A DNA stretch of 58,921 nucleotides, counting the filler. It is 3 parts of 3 records of this genome, joined end to end, with 100 filler letters (N's around TTAATTAATTAA, not from the genome) between each part and the next. Parts side by side here need not be neighbours in the genome. Positions count along the whole stretch, not along the records: positions 25,633 to 52,412 come from SRR22947727_519; 2 more parts are not named here. One strand, given 5' to 3'. A program made the translations under genes and the position numbers. Positions 32,983 to 43,284 of this stretch are shown piece by piece. Position 1 is the stretch's first letter. The number at the start of each line of letters is the position of its first letter. The notes below the pieces were generated by a model, which made no database searches, had not been told where the DNA came from, and worked only from the letters and a program-made list of their open reading frames with translations.

Positions 32983-34437
32983 ATGGGTTTAGGTGGAATT
33001 TCAATAAAAAATAGTTTAGCTGATACTTCTTTTGAGACAATGCAAGATAAGCTTTTAAATCTTAAAAAACCTTTTTTAAAAAGCTTCAATCCAACAGTAG
33101 AATCTAGAAAAGACCGTATTCGTCGCATTATTAAACTTATTGAAGAAAATTCTGAAAATATTCATAAAGCAATATCAAAAGATTTTGGTTCTAGGCATGA
33201 GCAGTTGAGCCAGTTAACTGATACGCTCTCTACAGTTGCACATGGAAAACACGTGCTTAAAAAAATTAACTCATGGGTTAAGCCAGATAAACGCAAAGCT
33301 AGGTTTCCACTTAATTTGTTAGGTTCAAAAGCTCTTGTACACCATCAACCTTATGGTGTTGTTGGAATAATATCACCTTGGAATTTTCCTGTTGCCTTGT
33401 CTCTTGGACCATTAATAGAGGTATTTGCAGCTGGCAACAATGCAATGATGAAATTGTCTGAGTTTGTACCTGAAACTTCTAAACTAATTGCTGATCTAGT
33501 TAATAAATATTTTTCTGAAGATGAATTAGTAATTATAAATGGTGGAACTCAAACTTCAGTAGATTTTACAACACTAGACTTTGATCATTTGCTTTATACT
33601 GGTTCAACCGCTGTAGGAAAAAAAGTGTGTGCAGCTGCAGCAAATAATTTAGTACCAGTTACAATGGAGCTTGGTGGAAAATCACCAGTAGTTGTTAGCA
33701 ATCAGTCAAATTTAAAAAAGAGTGTGAATCAAATTATGACTGGTAAAACAGTCAATGCGGGCCAAATCTGTGTAGCCCCAGACTATGCATTTGTCCCCAC
33801 TGAGTCTCAAGATGAATTTGTTTCTCTTGCTAGAGACTTTGTAAAAAATTCATTTCCAACAATTAAAAATAACCCTGATTATACGTCCATCATTCACTTG
33901 AACCATTATGATAGACTAAATGCATTAATTGAAGATGCAAAAAATAAGGGTGCAACTGTAGTAGAATTAAACCCTGCTAATGAAAATTTTAGTCAGCAAG
34001 AACATCATAAAATACCACCAACTCTAATCTTGAATCCAACAGATGATATGGATGTTATGAAAGAAGAAATATTTGGTCCAATCATGCCGATTAAGACGTA
34101 CTCAAACTTTAATGAAGTTGTAGAATATATAAATTTCCAACCAAAGGCATTAGCTGTTTATTATTTTGGAGATAACAATAAAGAAATGAATACTGTCATA
34201 AATGATACTTCGTCTGGCCAAGCTGTGATGAACGAGTGGGGATTTCAATATGCATTTGAAGATTTACCATTTGGTGGAGTTGGTCCTAGCGGCTCAGGTG
34301 CATATCATGGTAAAGAAGGGTTTTTAAATTTTAGTCATAATAAGGCTGTCTTAAAAGGGCAAAAGCTAATCAATCTATGGTCTTTAATTGGTGCACCTTT
34401 TACTGAAAAAACAGACAAGATGGCTAAAAAGTTTTAA
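32983..34437 (+). CDS. Aldehyde dehydrogenase, coniferyl-aldehyde dehydrogenase (CalB)-like
   Basis: ISPWNFP, YTGST, MELGGKSP, NAGQICVAPDY, EEIFGP, LPFGGVGPSG. Confidence 0.9.
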   Translation: MGLGGISIKNSLADTSFETMQDKLLNLKKPFLKSFNPTVESRKDRIRRIIKLIEENSENIHKAISKDFGSRHEQLSQLTDTLSTVAHGKHVLKKINSWVKPDKRKARFPLNLLGSKALVHHQPYGVVGIISPWNFPVALSLGPLIEVFAAGNNAMMKLSEFVPETSKLIADLVNKYFSEDELVIINGGTQTSVDFTTLDFDHLLYTGSTAVGKKVCAAAANNLVPVTMELGGKSPVVVSNQSNLKKSVNQIMTGKTVNAGQICVAPDYAFVPTESQDEFVSLARDFVKNSFPTIKNNPDYTSIIHLNHYDRLNALIEDAKNKGATVVELNPANENFSQQEHHKIPPTLILNPTDDMDVMKEEIFGPIMPIKTYSNFNEVVEYINFQPKALAVYYFGDNNKEMNTVINDTSSGQAVMNEWGFQYAFEDLPFGGVGPSGSGAYHGKEGFLNFSHNKAVLKGQKLINLWSLIGAPFTEKTDKMAKKF

Positions 34438-34439
34438 TC

Positions 34440-36437
34440 TTATAAAACTGTCTCAGCTGTAGCCTTTTTAGAATTCTCTTGAATAAATTTAAACCTTAAT
34501 TCAGGTTTTTTGCCCATTAGTGCCTCAACACTTTTTTCGGTCTTCTTTTTATCGCTCTTAATAATTTCAACCTTTAATAGAATTCTATTCTCTGGAGACA
34601 TAGTAGTTTCTTTTAGTTGAGCTGGCATCATTTCACCCAAACCTTTAAACCTGCTTATGTCCACATTTTGAGAATTTTTAAACTCACTTTTAATTAATCT
34701 ATCTTTATCTTTGTCATCAGTAGCATAAAAAACTTTTGGACCCTTGGATATTTTATAAAGTGGGGGAACAGCTAAATACAAATGGCCATCTTCTATTAAT
34801 TTAGGATATTCACTGTAAAAAAAAGACATAATTAAAGTCGATATATGAGCACCATCAACGTCAGCATCAGTCATAACTATTATTTTTTCATACCTAAGTT
34901 CTTTTGAACTATATTTATCGCCACGCTTACAACCTATAGCTTGAATTAAATCGATTATTTCTTGATTTGCATTAATTTTATCTTTGGTGGCACTAATTAC
35001 ATTTAAAATCTTTCCCCTAAGCGGAAGTATTGCTTGTGTTACACGATTTCGAGCTTGTTTTGCAGAACCACCCGCAGAGTCACCCTCCACTAAGAAAAGT
35101 TCAGTTCCCTTATTGCCGTCCTTTGAGCAGTCAGCTAACTTTCCAGGCAACATTACTCTTTTTCTTTTAATTTGTTTTTCAATGTTTTGATTAGATTTAT
35201 TTTGAAGTCTTATTTGAGATCTGTTGTATGCATAGTTAAATAAAATTTCAGCAGTTTGACGTCTTTTTGCAAGCCAAGCTTCAAATAATTGTCTCACTTT
35301 TAATTCAATATTTTTACCAGGCTCTACACTTGAAAGCCTTTCTTTTGTTTGACCCTGAAATTCTGGATTTTCAATAAAAATAGATAATATGGAAGCTGAT
35401 GATCCAAATAAATCTTCTTGATTAATTTGATTGGATTTCTTTTCATATTTTATTTTTGAATAGTCTTTAAAAGCTTTAAACATACCTTGTTTATAACCAG
35501 TTTCATGTGTACCACCTTGTGGTGTTAGTATTGTATTGCAGTATGAGTTAGCAATAGGCTCAAAAAATTCATACCAATTAATTATGGCCTCAATACTTTC
35601 ATCATCATTAAGTTTTTCATTGATATAAAAACTATCTTCAATTACAGATTCATTTTTTTGAGTAATATTATCTAGATAGTCATTTATGCCATTTGAATAA
35701 TGAAGCTTATCAGAAACAGGAATATTTTTTCCAACAAGAGACTTTGGGCAACTCCAATTTATTTCTACATTTGAAATTAAATAGGCTTTAGCTTTTGCCA
35801 TGTTGTAAATTATAGATGAATCAAAATCAGTACCATCGTTAAAGATTATAGGATCAGGAGTAAACGTAATTTTAGTTCCTTTTTTAATCGAATTTTTAGT
35901 AACAGTTTTTAGTTTAGACTTGGGTGAACCTTGAGAATATGTTTGAAGGTAAAACTTTTTATCTCTTGAAATTTCAAGTGTAAGATTAATTGAAAGTGCA
36001 TTTACAACCGAGACTCCAACACCATGTAAGCCGCCTGAAGTCTTATAACTTCCTTCACTAAACTTACCTCCTGAATGTAAGGTAGTCATTATTACTTCAG
36101 CTGCAGGAATTTTAAATTTAGGATGCTTATCAACAGGAATGCCTCTTCCATTATCGGAAATTTCAATTGTATTTGAATTAATTAATTTGATTTCAACTTT
36201 ATCAGCGTATCCCGCTACGACTTCGTCCATAGAGTTATCTAAAACTTCACTTACCAGATGATGCAGGGCAGCTGTATCTGTTCCACCAATATACATTCCA
36301 GGACGTTTTCTTACTGGTTCTAGCCCCTCTAAAACTTCTATGTCTTTTGCTGTGTAATTTGATTTAGATGTAGAAATAGATTTTTTATTGATTATTTTCC
36401 TTTTGATAGGCTTTTTTTTATTACTTTTTTTTGGCAT
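34440..36437 (-). CDS. parE: DNA topoisomerase IV subunit B
   Basis: EVLDNSMDE, VEGDSAGGSAKQAR, MTDADVDG, ISRFKGLGEMMPAQLKETTM; 665 aa, without the proteobacterial GyrB insert. Confidence 0.92.
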   Translation of the reverse strand: MPKKSNKKKPIKRKIINKKSISTSKSNYTAKDIEVLEGLEPVRKRPGMYIGGTDTAALHHLVSEVLDNSMDEVVAGYADKVEIKLINSNTIEISDNGRGIPVDKHPKFKIPAAEVIMTTLHSGGKFSEGSYKTSGGLHGVGVSVVNALSINLTLEISRDKKFYLQTYSQGSPKSKLKTVTKNSIKKGTKITFTPDPIIFNDGTDFDSSIIYNMAKAKAYLISNVEINWSCPKSLVGKNIPVSDKLHYSNGINDYLDNITQKNESVIEDSFYINEKLNDDESIEAIINWYEFFEPIANSYCNTILTPQGGTHETGYKQGMFKAFKDYSKIKYEKKSNQINQEDLFGSSASILSIFIENPEFQGQTKERLSSVEPGKNIELKVRQLFEAWLAKRRQTAEILFNYAYNRSQIRLQNKSNQNIEKQIKRKRVMLPGKLADCSKDGNKGTELFLVEGDSAGGSAKQARNRVTQAILPLRGKILNVISATKDKINANQEIIDLIQAIGCKRGDKYSSKELRYEKIIVMTDADVDGAHISTLIMSFFYSEYPKLIEDGHLYLAVPPLYKISKGPKVFYATDDKDKDRLIKSEFKNSQNVDISRFKGLGEMMPAQLKETTMSPENRILLKVEIIKSDKKKTEKSVEALMGKKPELRFKFIQENSKKATAETVL

Positions 36438-36516
36438 AGGCTTAGTATTTAATTATATACTTTAGATTCTTTACATTGTGTATTATTAAAATACTCTAGT
36501 TTAATAAAAATTTATT

Positions 36517-38136
36517 ATGCCTATTATTGAATCCAAAATAATGATTAACACCAAAGCTTTCAAAAAGAATGCTGAGGATCATACAAAATTAATAGACGAA
36601 TTTAGATTGTTAGAAAAAAAAGTTTCTGATAATTCTTCACGGGCTAAACCTAAATTTGATAAAAGAAATCAGTTGTTACCTAGGGAAAGAGTAAAAAGAT
36701 TGCTTGATCCTGGAAGCTATTATTTACCTATTTCAACGTTAGCAGGCTATAAAATGGGAGATGACGATGGTGACAAGAATATCATGGGAGGTAATTCTGT
36801 AAGTGGCATTGGTATTGTTGAAGGTGTTAGATGTATGGTTACCGCATCAGACTCAGGTATAAAAGGTGGTTCAATGACTCAAATGGGAGTTGAAAAAAGT
36901 TTAAGGTGTGCTGAAATTGTAAAGGAAAATAAACTTCCAATGATTAATTTAGTTGAAAGTGCAGGTGCAAATCTACTTAAACAATCTGAAGTTTTCATTC
37001 GAGGTGGCCGAAGCTTTGCAAACCTAGCCAAAATGAGTGCGATAGGTATTCCAACAATATCAATTGTTCATGGATCTTCTACTGCAGGCGGCGCTTATTT
37101 ACCTGGTTTATCAGATCAGGTTATCGTTGTTAAAAATAAGTCAAAAATATTTTTAGCTGGACCTCCGCTACTTAAGGCTGCATTAGGTGAAATTGCAACT
37201 GATGAGGAGCTTGGTGGTGCGGATATGCATTACACTATATCAGGTTTGGCTGAACATATGGCCAAAGATGATGATGATGCAATTAAAGTATGTAGAGATG
37301 TAGTTAGGAATCTTGGTTGGAATGATAACTTTGAATCAACACAAAAATATGATTTTAAGGAACCGATATATTCTCCAGATGAACTTATAGGTGTTGTGCC
37401 AACAGATTATAAAAAAAGTTATGACGCAAGAGAAGTAATTGCAAGAATAGTCGATGGCTCTGAATTTTTAGATTTTAAACCAGAATTTGGTAAACAAACT
37501 GTTACCGGTACAGCTGCAATTCATGGATACAGAATTGGAATTGTTGCAAATAATGGTCCAATATTTGCTGACGGCGCTGTAAAGGCAGCTCAGTTTATTC
37601 AAATGTGCTCAAAATTAAATATTCCACTGATATTCCTACAAAATACAACTGGTTACATGGTTGGCACTAGGGAAGAGAGCAAGGGTATTATAAAACATGG
37701 TTCAAAAATGATTCAAGCTGTTACTAATTGTACGGTACCAAAAATTACACTTCGTATTGGTGCATCATTTGGTGCGGGAGAATATGGAATGGCAGGGAGG
37801 TCTTTTGACCCTAGATTTATGTTTTCTTGGCCAAATAATAAACTAAGTGTCATGGGTGGTGAACAAGCAGGTAAAACTATGTCCCAAGTTGCAACAGAGT
37901 CTGCTAAGCGAAGAGGGGAAGAACCAAACATGGAAATGATAAAAGCTATAGAACAAAAAATTATTGATACATATAGTGAAGAAGGTGAAGCACTTTTTGC
38001 GACAGCAAGGCTTTGGGATGATGGAATTATTGATCCACGCGACACTAGAAAAGTATTAGCTGAGTGTTTAAATATTGTTTCAGATGCTGGCAAAAGAGAG
38101 CTACGCCCAAGTACTTTTGGCGTTGCAAGAATGTAA
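36517..38136 (+). CDS. Acyl-CoA carboxylase beta subunit, geranyl-CoA carboxylase (AtuC)-like
   Basis: LVESAGANL, HGSSTAGGAYLPGLSD, IFLAGPPLLKAA, LWDDGIIDPRDTR, C-terminal FGVARM. Confidence 0.85.
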   Translation: MPIIESKIMINTKAFKKNAEDHTKLIDEFRLLEKKVSDNSSRAKPKFDKRNQLLPRERVKRLLDPGSYYLPISTLAGYKMGDDDGDKNIMGGNSVSGIGIVEGVRCMVTASDSGIKGGSMTQMGVEKSLRCAEIVKENKLPMINLVESAGANLLKQSEVFIRGGRSFANLAKMSAIGIPTISIVHGSSTAGGAYLPGLSDQVIVVKNKSKIFLAGPPLLKAALGEIATDEELGGADMHYTISGLAEHMAKDDDDAIKVCRDVVRNLGWNDNFESTQKYDFKEPIYSPDELIGVVPTDYKKSYDAREVIARIVDGSEFLDFKPEFGKQTVTGTAAIHGYRIGIVANNGPIFADGAVKAAQFIQMCSKLNIPLIFLQNTTGYMVGTREESKGIIKHGSKMIQAVTNCTVPKITLRIGASFGAGEYGMAGRSFDPRFMFSWPNNKLSVMGGEQAGKTMSQVATESAKRRGEEPNMEMIKAIEQKIIDTYSEEGEALFATARLWDDGIIDPRDTRKVLAECLNIVSDAGKRELRPSTFGVARM

Positions 38137-38137
38137 A

Positions 38138-39313
38138 TTAATTTTTTCCTGGCAAAATATCGAGATATTTAGAAATTATACCAAGCATAATTTCGTCAGC
38201 ACCACCACCAATTGATCCTAGTCTACCATCTCTAAATCTTCTAGATATTGAGGTTTCATCCATATAGCCCATGCCACCCCAGTATTGTAAACATGAATCA
38301 TTTACTTCTCTTGCTAGTCTTGTTGATTTTAGTTTTGACATAGAAGCAAGCTTTGTACAATCACCGCCGTTAACATGAATCTCAATACCTTTCCACGTTA
38401 AAGCTTTCAGTGCTTCTACTTCTGTCATTAATTCGGATAATCTAAAATGAACTATTTGATTATCTAAAATTGGTTTTCCAAAAGTTTTTCTTTGTCGTGT
38501 ATATTCAATTGTTTCTGCGATTGCTAATTCACACCCTGCATAATTGCCAATTGCTGCATAGAGCCTTTCTTCTTGAAATTGCATCATTTGATATACAAAG
38601 CCTTGGCCTTCTTCTCCAATAAGATTTTTTGTTGGTACTCTTACATCATCAAAAAATATTTCAGCAGTATCAGATGAGTTCATACCTAATTTTTTTAGCT
38701 TTCTATTTATAGTAACACCTTTAACTCTTTTACCATTTTCTTTTAAAGGAACACATATCAAGGATTTATTTAGATGTTTGTTTGTGCTGGCACTATCAGT
38801 GTTAACCAACATACACATCCAGTCTGCTTGAGTTCCATTTGTAATCCACATTTTTGATCCATTGATAACATAATCATCCCCATCTTTAACTGCGGTGGTT
38901 TTAATTGCTGCCACATCAGAGCCTGCATGGGGTTCAGAGACTCCAATGCAAGATACAAAATCACCAGTAATTGAAGGTTTTAAAAATTCATTACATACAT
39001 ATTCGGAACCAAATCTTGCAAGAGCAGGTGTTGACATGTCAGTTTGAACACCAATTGCCATTGGCACGCCTCCGCAGTTAATAGTAGCTAAGGCTTCATT
39101 TAAAACTGCTCCATAAGAGTAATCAAGACCAGCGCCACCATATTTTTCAGGCTTAGTTATGCCTAATAAACCTTGGTCACCAAGTTTTTTAAAAATTTCA
39201 TGAGCTGGAAATATTTCAGCTTCTTCCCATGCATCTACATGTGGATTTATTTCACTTTCTACAAATTTTATTGCAGAACGCTTTAGCTCTTCATGTTCAG
39301 TAGTGAGTTCCAT
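38138..39313 (-). CDS. Acyl-CoA dehydrogenase, citronellyl-CoA dehydrogenase (AtuD)-like
   Basis: GGVPMAIGVQTDMSTPALARFG, GVSEPHAGSDV, QFQEERL, SIGGGADEIML. Confidence 0.85.
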   Translation of the reverse strand: MELTTEHEELKRSAIKFVESEINPHVDAWEEAEIFPAHEIFKKLGDQGLLGITKPEKYGGAGLDYSYGAVLNEALATINCGGVPMAIGVQTDMSTPALARFGSEYVCNEFLKPSITGDFVSCIGVSEPHAGSDVAAIKTTAVKDGDDYVINGSKMWITNGTQADWMCMLVNTDSASTNKHLNKSLICVPLKENGKRVKGVTINRKLKKLGMNSSDTAEIFFDDVRVPTKNLIGEEGQGFVYQMMQFQEERLYAAIGNYAGCELAIAETIEYTRQRKTFGKPILDNQIVHFRLSELMTEVEALKALTWKGIEIHVNGGDCTKLASMSKLKSTRLAREVNDSCLQYWGGMGYMDETSISRRFRDGRLGSIGGGADEIMLGIISKYLDILPGKN

Positions 39314-39376
39314 TGTTATTACTTTATATTATCGTAATATAAATATAACCCCCTTTTTTTTGTTAAAAGGAAGTGA

Positions 39377-40786
39377 TTATACACTAAAATAGTTTTTGAA
39401 CTCGATTGGATGAGGTGAATGCTCAAGATCGTAAACATCTTGCATTTTTAATTCAATATAACCATCAATTTGATCGTCAGTAAATACGCCACCTGCAGTT
39501 AGAAAAGCTCTATCTGCATCCAATGATTCTAATGCTTCTCTTAATGAGCCACAAACCGTTGGAAGTTTTGATACCTCGGCTTCAGGTAATTCATATAGAT
39601 CTTGATCGGAAGCATCACCGGGATGAATTTTATTCCTAATTCCATCCATGCCAGCCATAACCATAGCAGCGAAAGCTAAGTACGGATTTGCTGTTGGGTC
39701 CGGAAATCTAACTTCAACTCTTTTACCTTTTGGGCTATCTGAATGTGGAATTCTACAAGCGGCAGATCTATTTCGTGCTGAATAAACAAGAATAACGGGA
39801 GCTTCAAAACCTGGTATTAATCTCTTGTAACTATTTGTACTTGCATTAGTAAATGCGTTGAGTGCTTTTCCATGTTTAATAATTCCACCAATATAATGCA
39901 ATGCAGTTTCAGATAAGCCTGCGTAAGACTCACCTGCAAATAATGGTTTACCATCTTTCCATATAGATTGATGTACATGCATACCTGAACCATTATCTCC
40001 TTTAATAGGCTTTGGCATAAATGTTGCAGTTTTTCCAAATGAGTTTGCCACCATATGAACACCATATTTATACAGTTGTATTGCATCTCCTTGTTTTAGA
40101 AGAGTATCAAATATTAAGCCTAGTTCATGTTGACTTGGGGCTACTTCGTGGTGATGTTTTTCCATTTTAAGTCCTAAATTTTTAAGTTCTTCCAAAAATT
40201 CAGTCCGTATATCTTGTGCGCTATCAACAGGTGGGACGGGAAAATAACCTCCTTTGACACCTGGTCTATGTCCAAGGTTACCACTTTCATAATTTCTACT
40301 ACTATTGTAGGGACCTTCAGTGCTATCAATTTCAAAACTTGACTTATTCATTTCAACTTGAAATTTAACATCATCAAAAACAAAAAACTCAGCTTCAGGA
40401 CCTACATAAATTGTATCCCCAACACCACTAGATTTTACAAATGCTTCCGCTTTTTTTGCAGTTCCTCGTGGATCTCTCTCGTAAGGCTCTTTAGTAACTG
40501 CATCAAGAATGTCACAAAACAACATCATAGTTGGCTGAGCAGTAAATGGATCCATTACTAATGTAGACAGGTCCGGTTTCAAGACCATGTCTGACTCGTT
40601 GATGGGTTTCCACCCTGCAATAGAAGAGCCGTCAAAAAATGTTCCTTCGTTTAGAAAATCCTCATCAACAATAGTTCCGTCCATTGTTAGATGTTGCCAC
40701 TTCCCCTTCACATCAGTGAATCTGAGATCCAAATACTTGGCACCAGAGTCTTTAATCACCTTTAGAGCTTCGCTTGCAGTTGTCAT
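39377..40786 (-). CDS. glnA: Glutamine synthetase type I
   Basis: FDGSSIAGW, HHHEVA, TFMPKP, NGSGMHVHQS, EVRFPDP; adenylylation-site Tyr retained (DLYELP). Confidence 0.98.
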   Translation of the reverse strand: MTTASEALKVIKDSGAKYLDLRFTDVKGKWQHLTMDGTIVDEDFLNEGTFFDGSSIAGWKPINESDMVLKPDLSTLVMDPFTAQPTMMLFCDILDAVTKEPYERDPRGTAKKAEAFVKSSGVGDTIYVGPEAEFFVFDDVKFQVEMNKSSFEIDSTEGPYNSSRNYESGNLGHRPGVKGGYFPVPPVDSAQDIRTEFLEELKNLGLKMEKHHHEVAPSQHELGLIFDTLLKQGDAIQLYKYGVHMVANSFGKTATFMPKPIKGDNGSGMHVHQSIWKDGKPLFAGESYAGLSETALHYIGGIIKHGKALNAFTNASTNSYKRLIPGFEAPVILVYSARNRSAACRIPHSDSPKGKRVEVRFPDPTANPYLAFAAMVMAGMDGIRNKIHPGDASDQDLYELPEAEVSKLPTVCGSLREALESLDADRAFLTAGGVFTDDQIDGYIELKMQDVYDLEHSPHPIEFKNYFSV

Positions 40787-40861
40787 TACGTTAAATTTCC
40801 CTTAATTAAAAATTAACCTACAACAGTTCTACTTTTTTTTAAAGTATGTCTTTGATTCTTA

Positions 40862-41839
40862 TTAGATTAAAGTACCAACAATATGTGACAGTATCTTATA
40901 TGGATCTGCATTTGATGCAGGCCTTCTATCCTCTAAATATCCATTCCAATTGTGTTCAACTGTGTATACAGGAATACGTATACTTGCACCTCTGTCACTA
41001 ACACCATAAGAAAACTGATCAATACTTTGAGTTTCATGAAGCCCTGTAAGTCTCATATCATTGTCGGAACCATATGAAGCAATACCATCAGCATGCACTT
41101 TGCCTAATTTTTCACACATCGATGAAAATAGCTCTTCAGATCCAGCACTTCTCATTGCTTCATTGGAAAAGTTTGTGTGCATACCTGACCCATTCCAATC
41201 TCCAGTTTTAGGTTTTGGATGAATGTTAACGCCGACACCATGTTCTTCGGCAATTTTAAATAATAAATATCTACTTATCCATAAATCGTCTGCAGCTTTA
41301 ATACCTTTTCCAAAACACTGATATTCCCATTGACCAAGTGCAACCTCTGCATTTGTTCCTGTTAAAGTTATGCCTATATCTATACATGCTTGAAGGTGAG
41401 CATCAGAAATTTTTCTTCCAACAACATTGCCTGCACCAACTCCACAATAGTATTCCCCTTGTTCTTTTGGAATACCATCTTGCCAACCAAGCGGCTCTCC
41501 AGTTCTAGCATCAGTGAAGAAAAATTCTTGTTCGAAACCAAACCACCATTCATCAGTAACAATTTCAGCAGCAGCAGCTCTGAAATTTGACGGATGAGTT
41601 TTATGATCTGCAGATTGAACTTGTGTCATAACTAAATCATGTCCATTTGGGTTAGAGTAGGTTTGTACTGGAAGAAGTAAGCAGTCGGAACTGCCACCCT
41701 CAGCCTGTTGAGTTGATGATCCATCGAACGACCAGTCTGGAGGAGATGTCTCATCAGTTGCTTTTACTTTACTTCTCATGAAAGGTTCAGGTTTATAACC
41801 ATCTAACCATATGTATTCGTATGTTTTAGTACTTGCCAT
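40862..41839 (-). CDS. glnII: Glutamine synthetase type II (eukaryote-like)
   Basis: EYIWLDG, WSFDGSST, FGFEQE, NAEVALGQWEYQ, DWNGSGMHTNFS, RLTGLHET, DRGASIRIP, GYLEDRRPASNADPY; 325 aa. Confidence 0.95.
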   Translation of the reverse strand: MASTKTYEYIWLDGYKPEPFMRSKVKATDETSPPDWSFDGSSTQQAEGGSSDCLLLPVQTYSNPNGHDLVMTQVQSADHKTHPSNFRAAAAEIVTDEWWFGFEQEFFFTDARTGEPLGWQDGIPKEQGEYYCGVGAGNVVGRKISDAHLQACIDIGITLTGTNAEVALGQWEYQCFGKGIKAADDLWISRYLLFKIAEEHGVGVNIHPKPKTGDWNGSGMHTNFSNEAMRSAGSEELFSSMCEKLGKVHADGIASYGSDNDMRLTGLHETQSIDQFSYGVSDRGASIRIPVYTVEHNWNGYLEDRRPASNADPYKILSHIVGTLI

Positions 41840-41864
41840 TTTTTTCTCTTTCTTATTTAAATTT

Positions 41865-42203
41865 TTATAATGCTTCTGATCCAGTTTCTCCAGTTCTTAT
41901 CCTGATAACTGTCTCTATGTTAGTAACAAAAATTTTACCGTCACCGATTCTATTTGTGTTAGCAGATTTTTTTATTGCTTCAATTGCTGGCCACAACATA
42001 TCGTCATCAACCACCAATTCAAGTTTCATTTTAGGAATAAAATCAATCAAGTGTTCGGAGCCTCTGAATATTTCTTCTTTACCTTTTTGTCTTCCATATC
42101 CAACGGCTTCAACTACTGTCATACCTCTTACCCCAACTTCTTCTAAAGCCTCTTTGACATCATCAATTTTAAAAGGCTTTATAATGGCTTCAATTTTTTT
42201 CAT
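41865..42203 (-). CDS. glnB: Nitrogen regulatory protein PII
   Basis: 112 aa; MKKIEAIIKPFK, GYGRQKG, IGDGKIFV, RIRTGE; upstream of glnA. Confidence 0.95.
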   Translation of the reverse strand: MKKIEAIIKPFKIDDVKEALEEVGVRGMTVVEAVGYGRQKGKEEIFRGSEHLIDFIPKMKLELVVDDDMLWPAIEAIKKSANTNRIGDGKIFVTNIETVIRIRTGETGSEAL

Positions 42204-42403
42204 AATTTAAATAAGCTACTTAATTCGAACGTTAATTTAATCTGAAAAAAAGTATTCCCCAACACCAAATTTATATAAGTATCTGCTAGAAACTAACGCG
42301 ATTACATGCCAATATGACATCTATTAATTAATTTATTATCAATTAATAAATTGTCTATTTTAATCAGATAGATAGAAATATAACTTAATAATTAATATTA
42401 GTA

Positions 42404-43255
42404 ATGACTATCAAAATAAATAACCCTGATCTTTGGATTTCAAGTTTTCCAATACCAGCTAGATCAGACCATAAATATACTAGAGGCATGGTTCTTATAA
42501 ATTGTGGTCCTAAGTCTAAAACAGGGGCCGCGCGCCTTGCAGCTAGATCTGCAATGAGAGTTGGAGCTGGAGCAGTTAAGATAGTTTGTGATGCAAATGT
42601 TATTGATATCATTGAGCCTCAAATATCAGTTGAGCTAATTGAGATAGCTCGTAACAAACAAGATTTTCAAAATATATTAAAAGATAAAAAAATTTCTGCT
42701 GCTTTAATAGGCCCTGGTAATGGTGTTAGTGACGAAACTAAGGCACGAGCCTTAATGGCTCTAGCTTTTATTGATTATGTTGTTTTAGATGCTGATGCGC
42801 TAACAGTTTTTTCTGAAAACCCTAAAGAACTTTTTATTGATTGCTATCCTCATACAATTTTGACACCACATGAAGGTGAATTTAAAAAAATTTTTGGTAA
42901 CGAAATTAATAATATAGAAGAACGATCTTTTAAAACTGCCGAGGCAGCAAAAATATCTAATACCATAGTAGTTTTAAAAGGTGCAGATACTATTATTGCA
43001 TCACCAAGTGGTGAAGTGGTTGTAAATAAGTCATCAGCAGCATATTTAGCTACAGCTGGTTCTGGTGATGTATTGGCTGGAATTATTTCTAGCTTAGTCG
43101 GGAAAAACAAAATGAACGCTTTTGATGCCGCTTGTGCTGGTGTATGGATTCATTCAGAAATTGGAGAAATATTAGGTTCAGGAATGATAGCGGAGGATAT
43201 TATTGATATGATACCAATTACTGTTAAAAAATTAATTAAATCAAAACAACTCTAG
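42404..43255 (+). CDS. nnrD: NAD(P)H-hydrate dehydratase (YjeF C-terminal domain only)
   Basis: HKYTRG, GAARLAARSAMRVGAG, IGPGNG, VLDADAL, TPHEGEF, LATAGSGDVLAG. Confidence 0.92.
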   Translation: MTIKINNPDLWISSFPIPARSDHKYTRGMVLINCGPKSKTGAARLAARSAMRVGAGAVKIVCDANVIDIIEPQISVELIEIARNKQDFQNILKDKKISAALIGPGNGVSDETKARALMALAFIDYVVLDADALTVFSENPKELFIDCYPHTILTPHEGEFKKIFGNEINNIEERSFKTAEAAKISNTIVVLKGADTIIASPSGEVVVNKSSAAYLATAGSGDVLAGIISSLVGKNKMNAFDAACAGVWIHSEIGEILGSGMIAEDIIDMIPITVKKLIKSKQL

Positions 43256-43284
43256 ATATTCTCTAAATAGAAAGTATATATAAT

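Noticed and set aside
42297-42312. Possible sigma-54 promoter upstream of glnB (minus strand TTGGCATGTAATCGC)
   Set aside because: GG-to-GC spacing is 9 nt, whereas sigma-54 promoters require 10.
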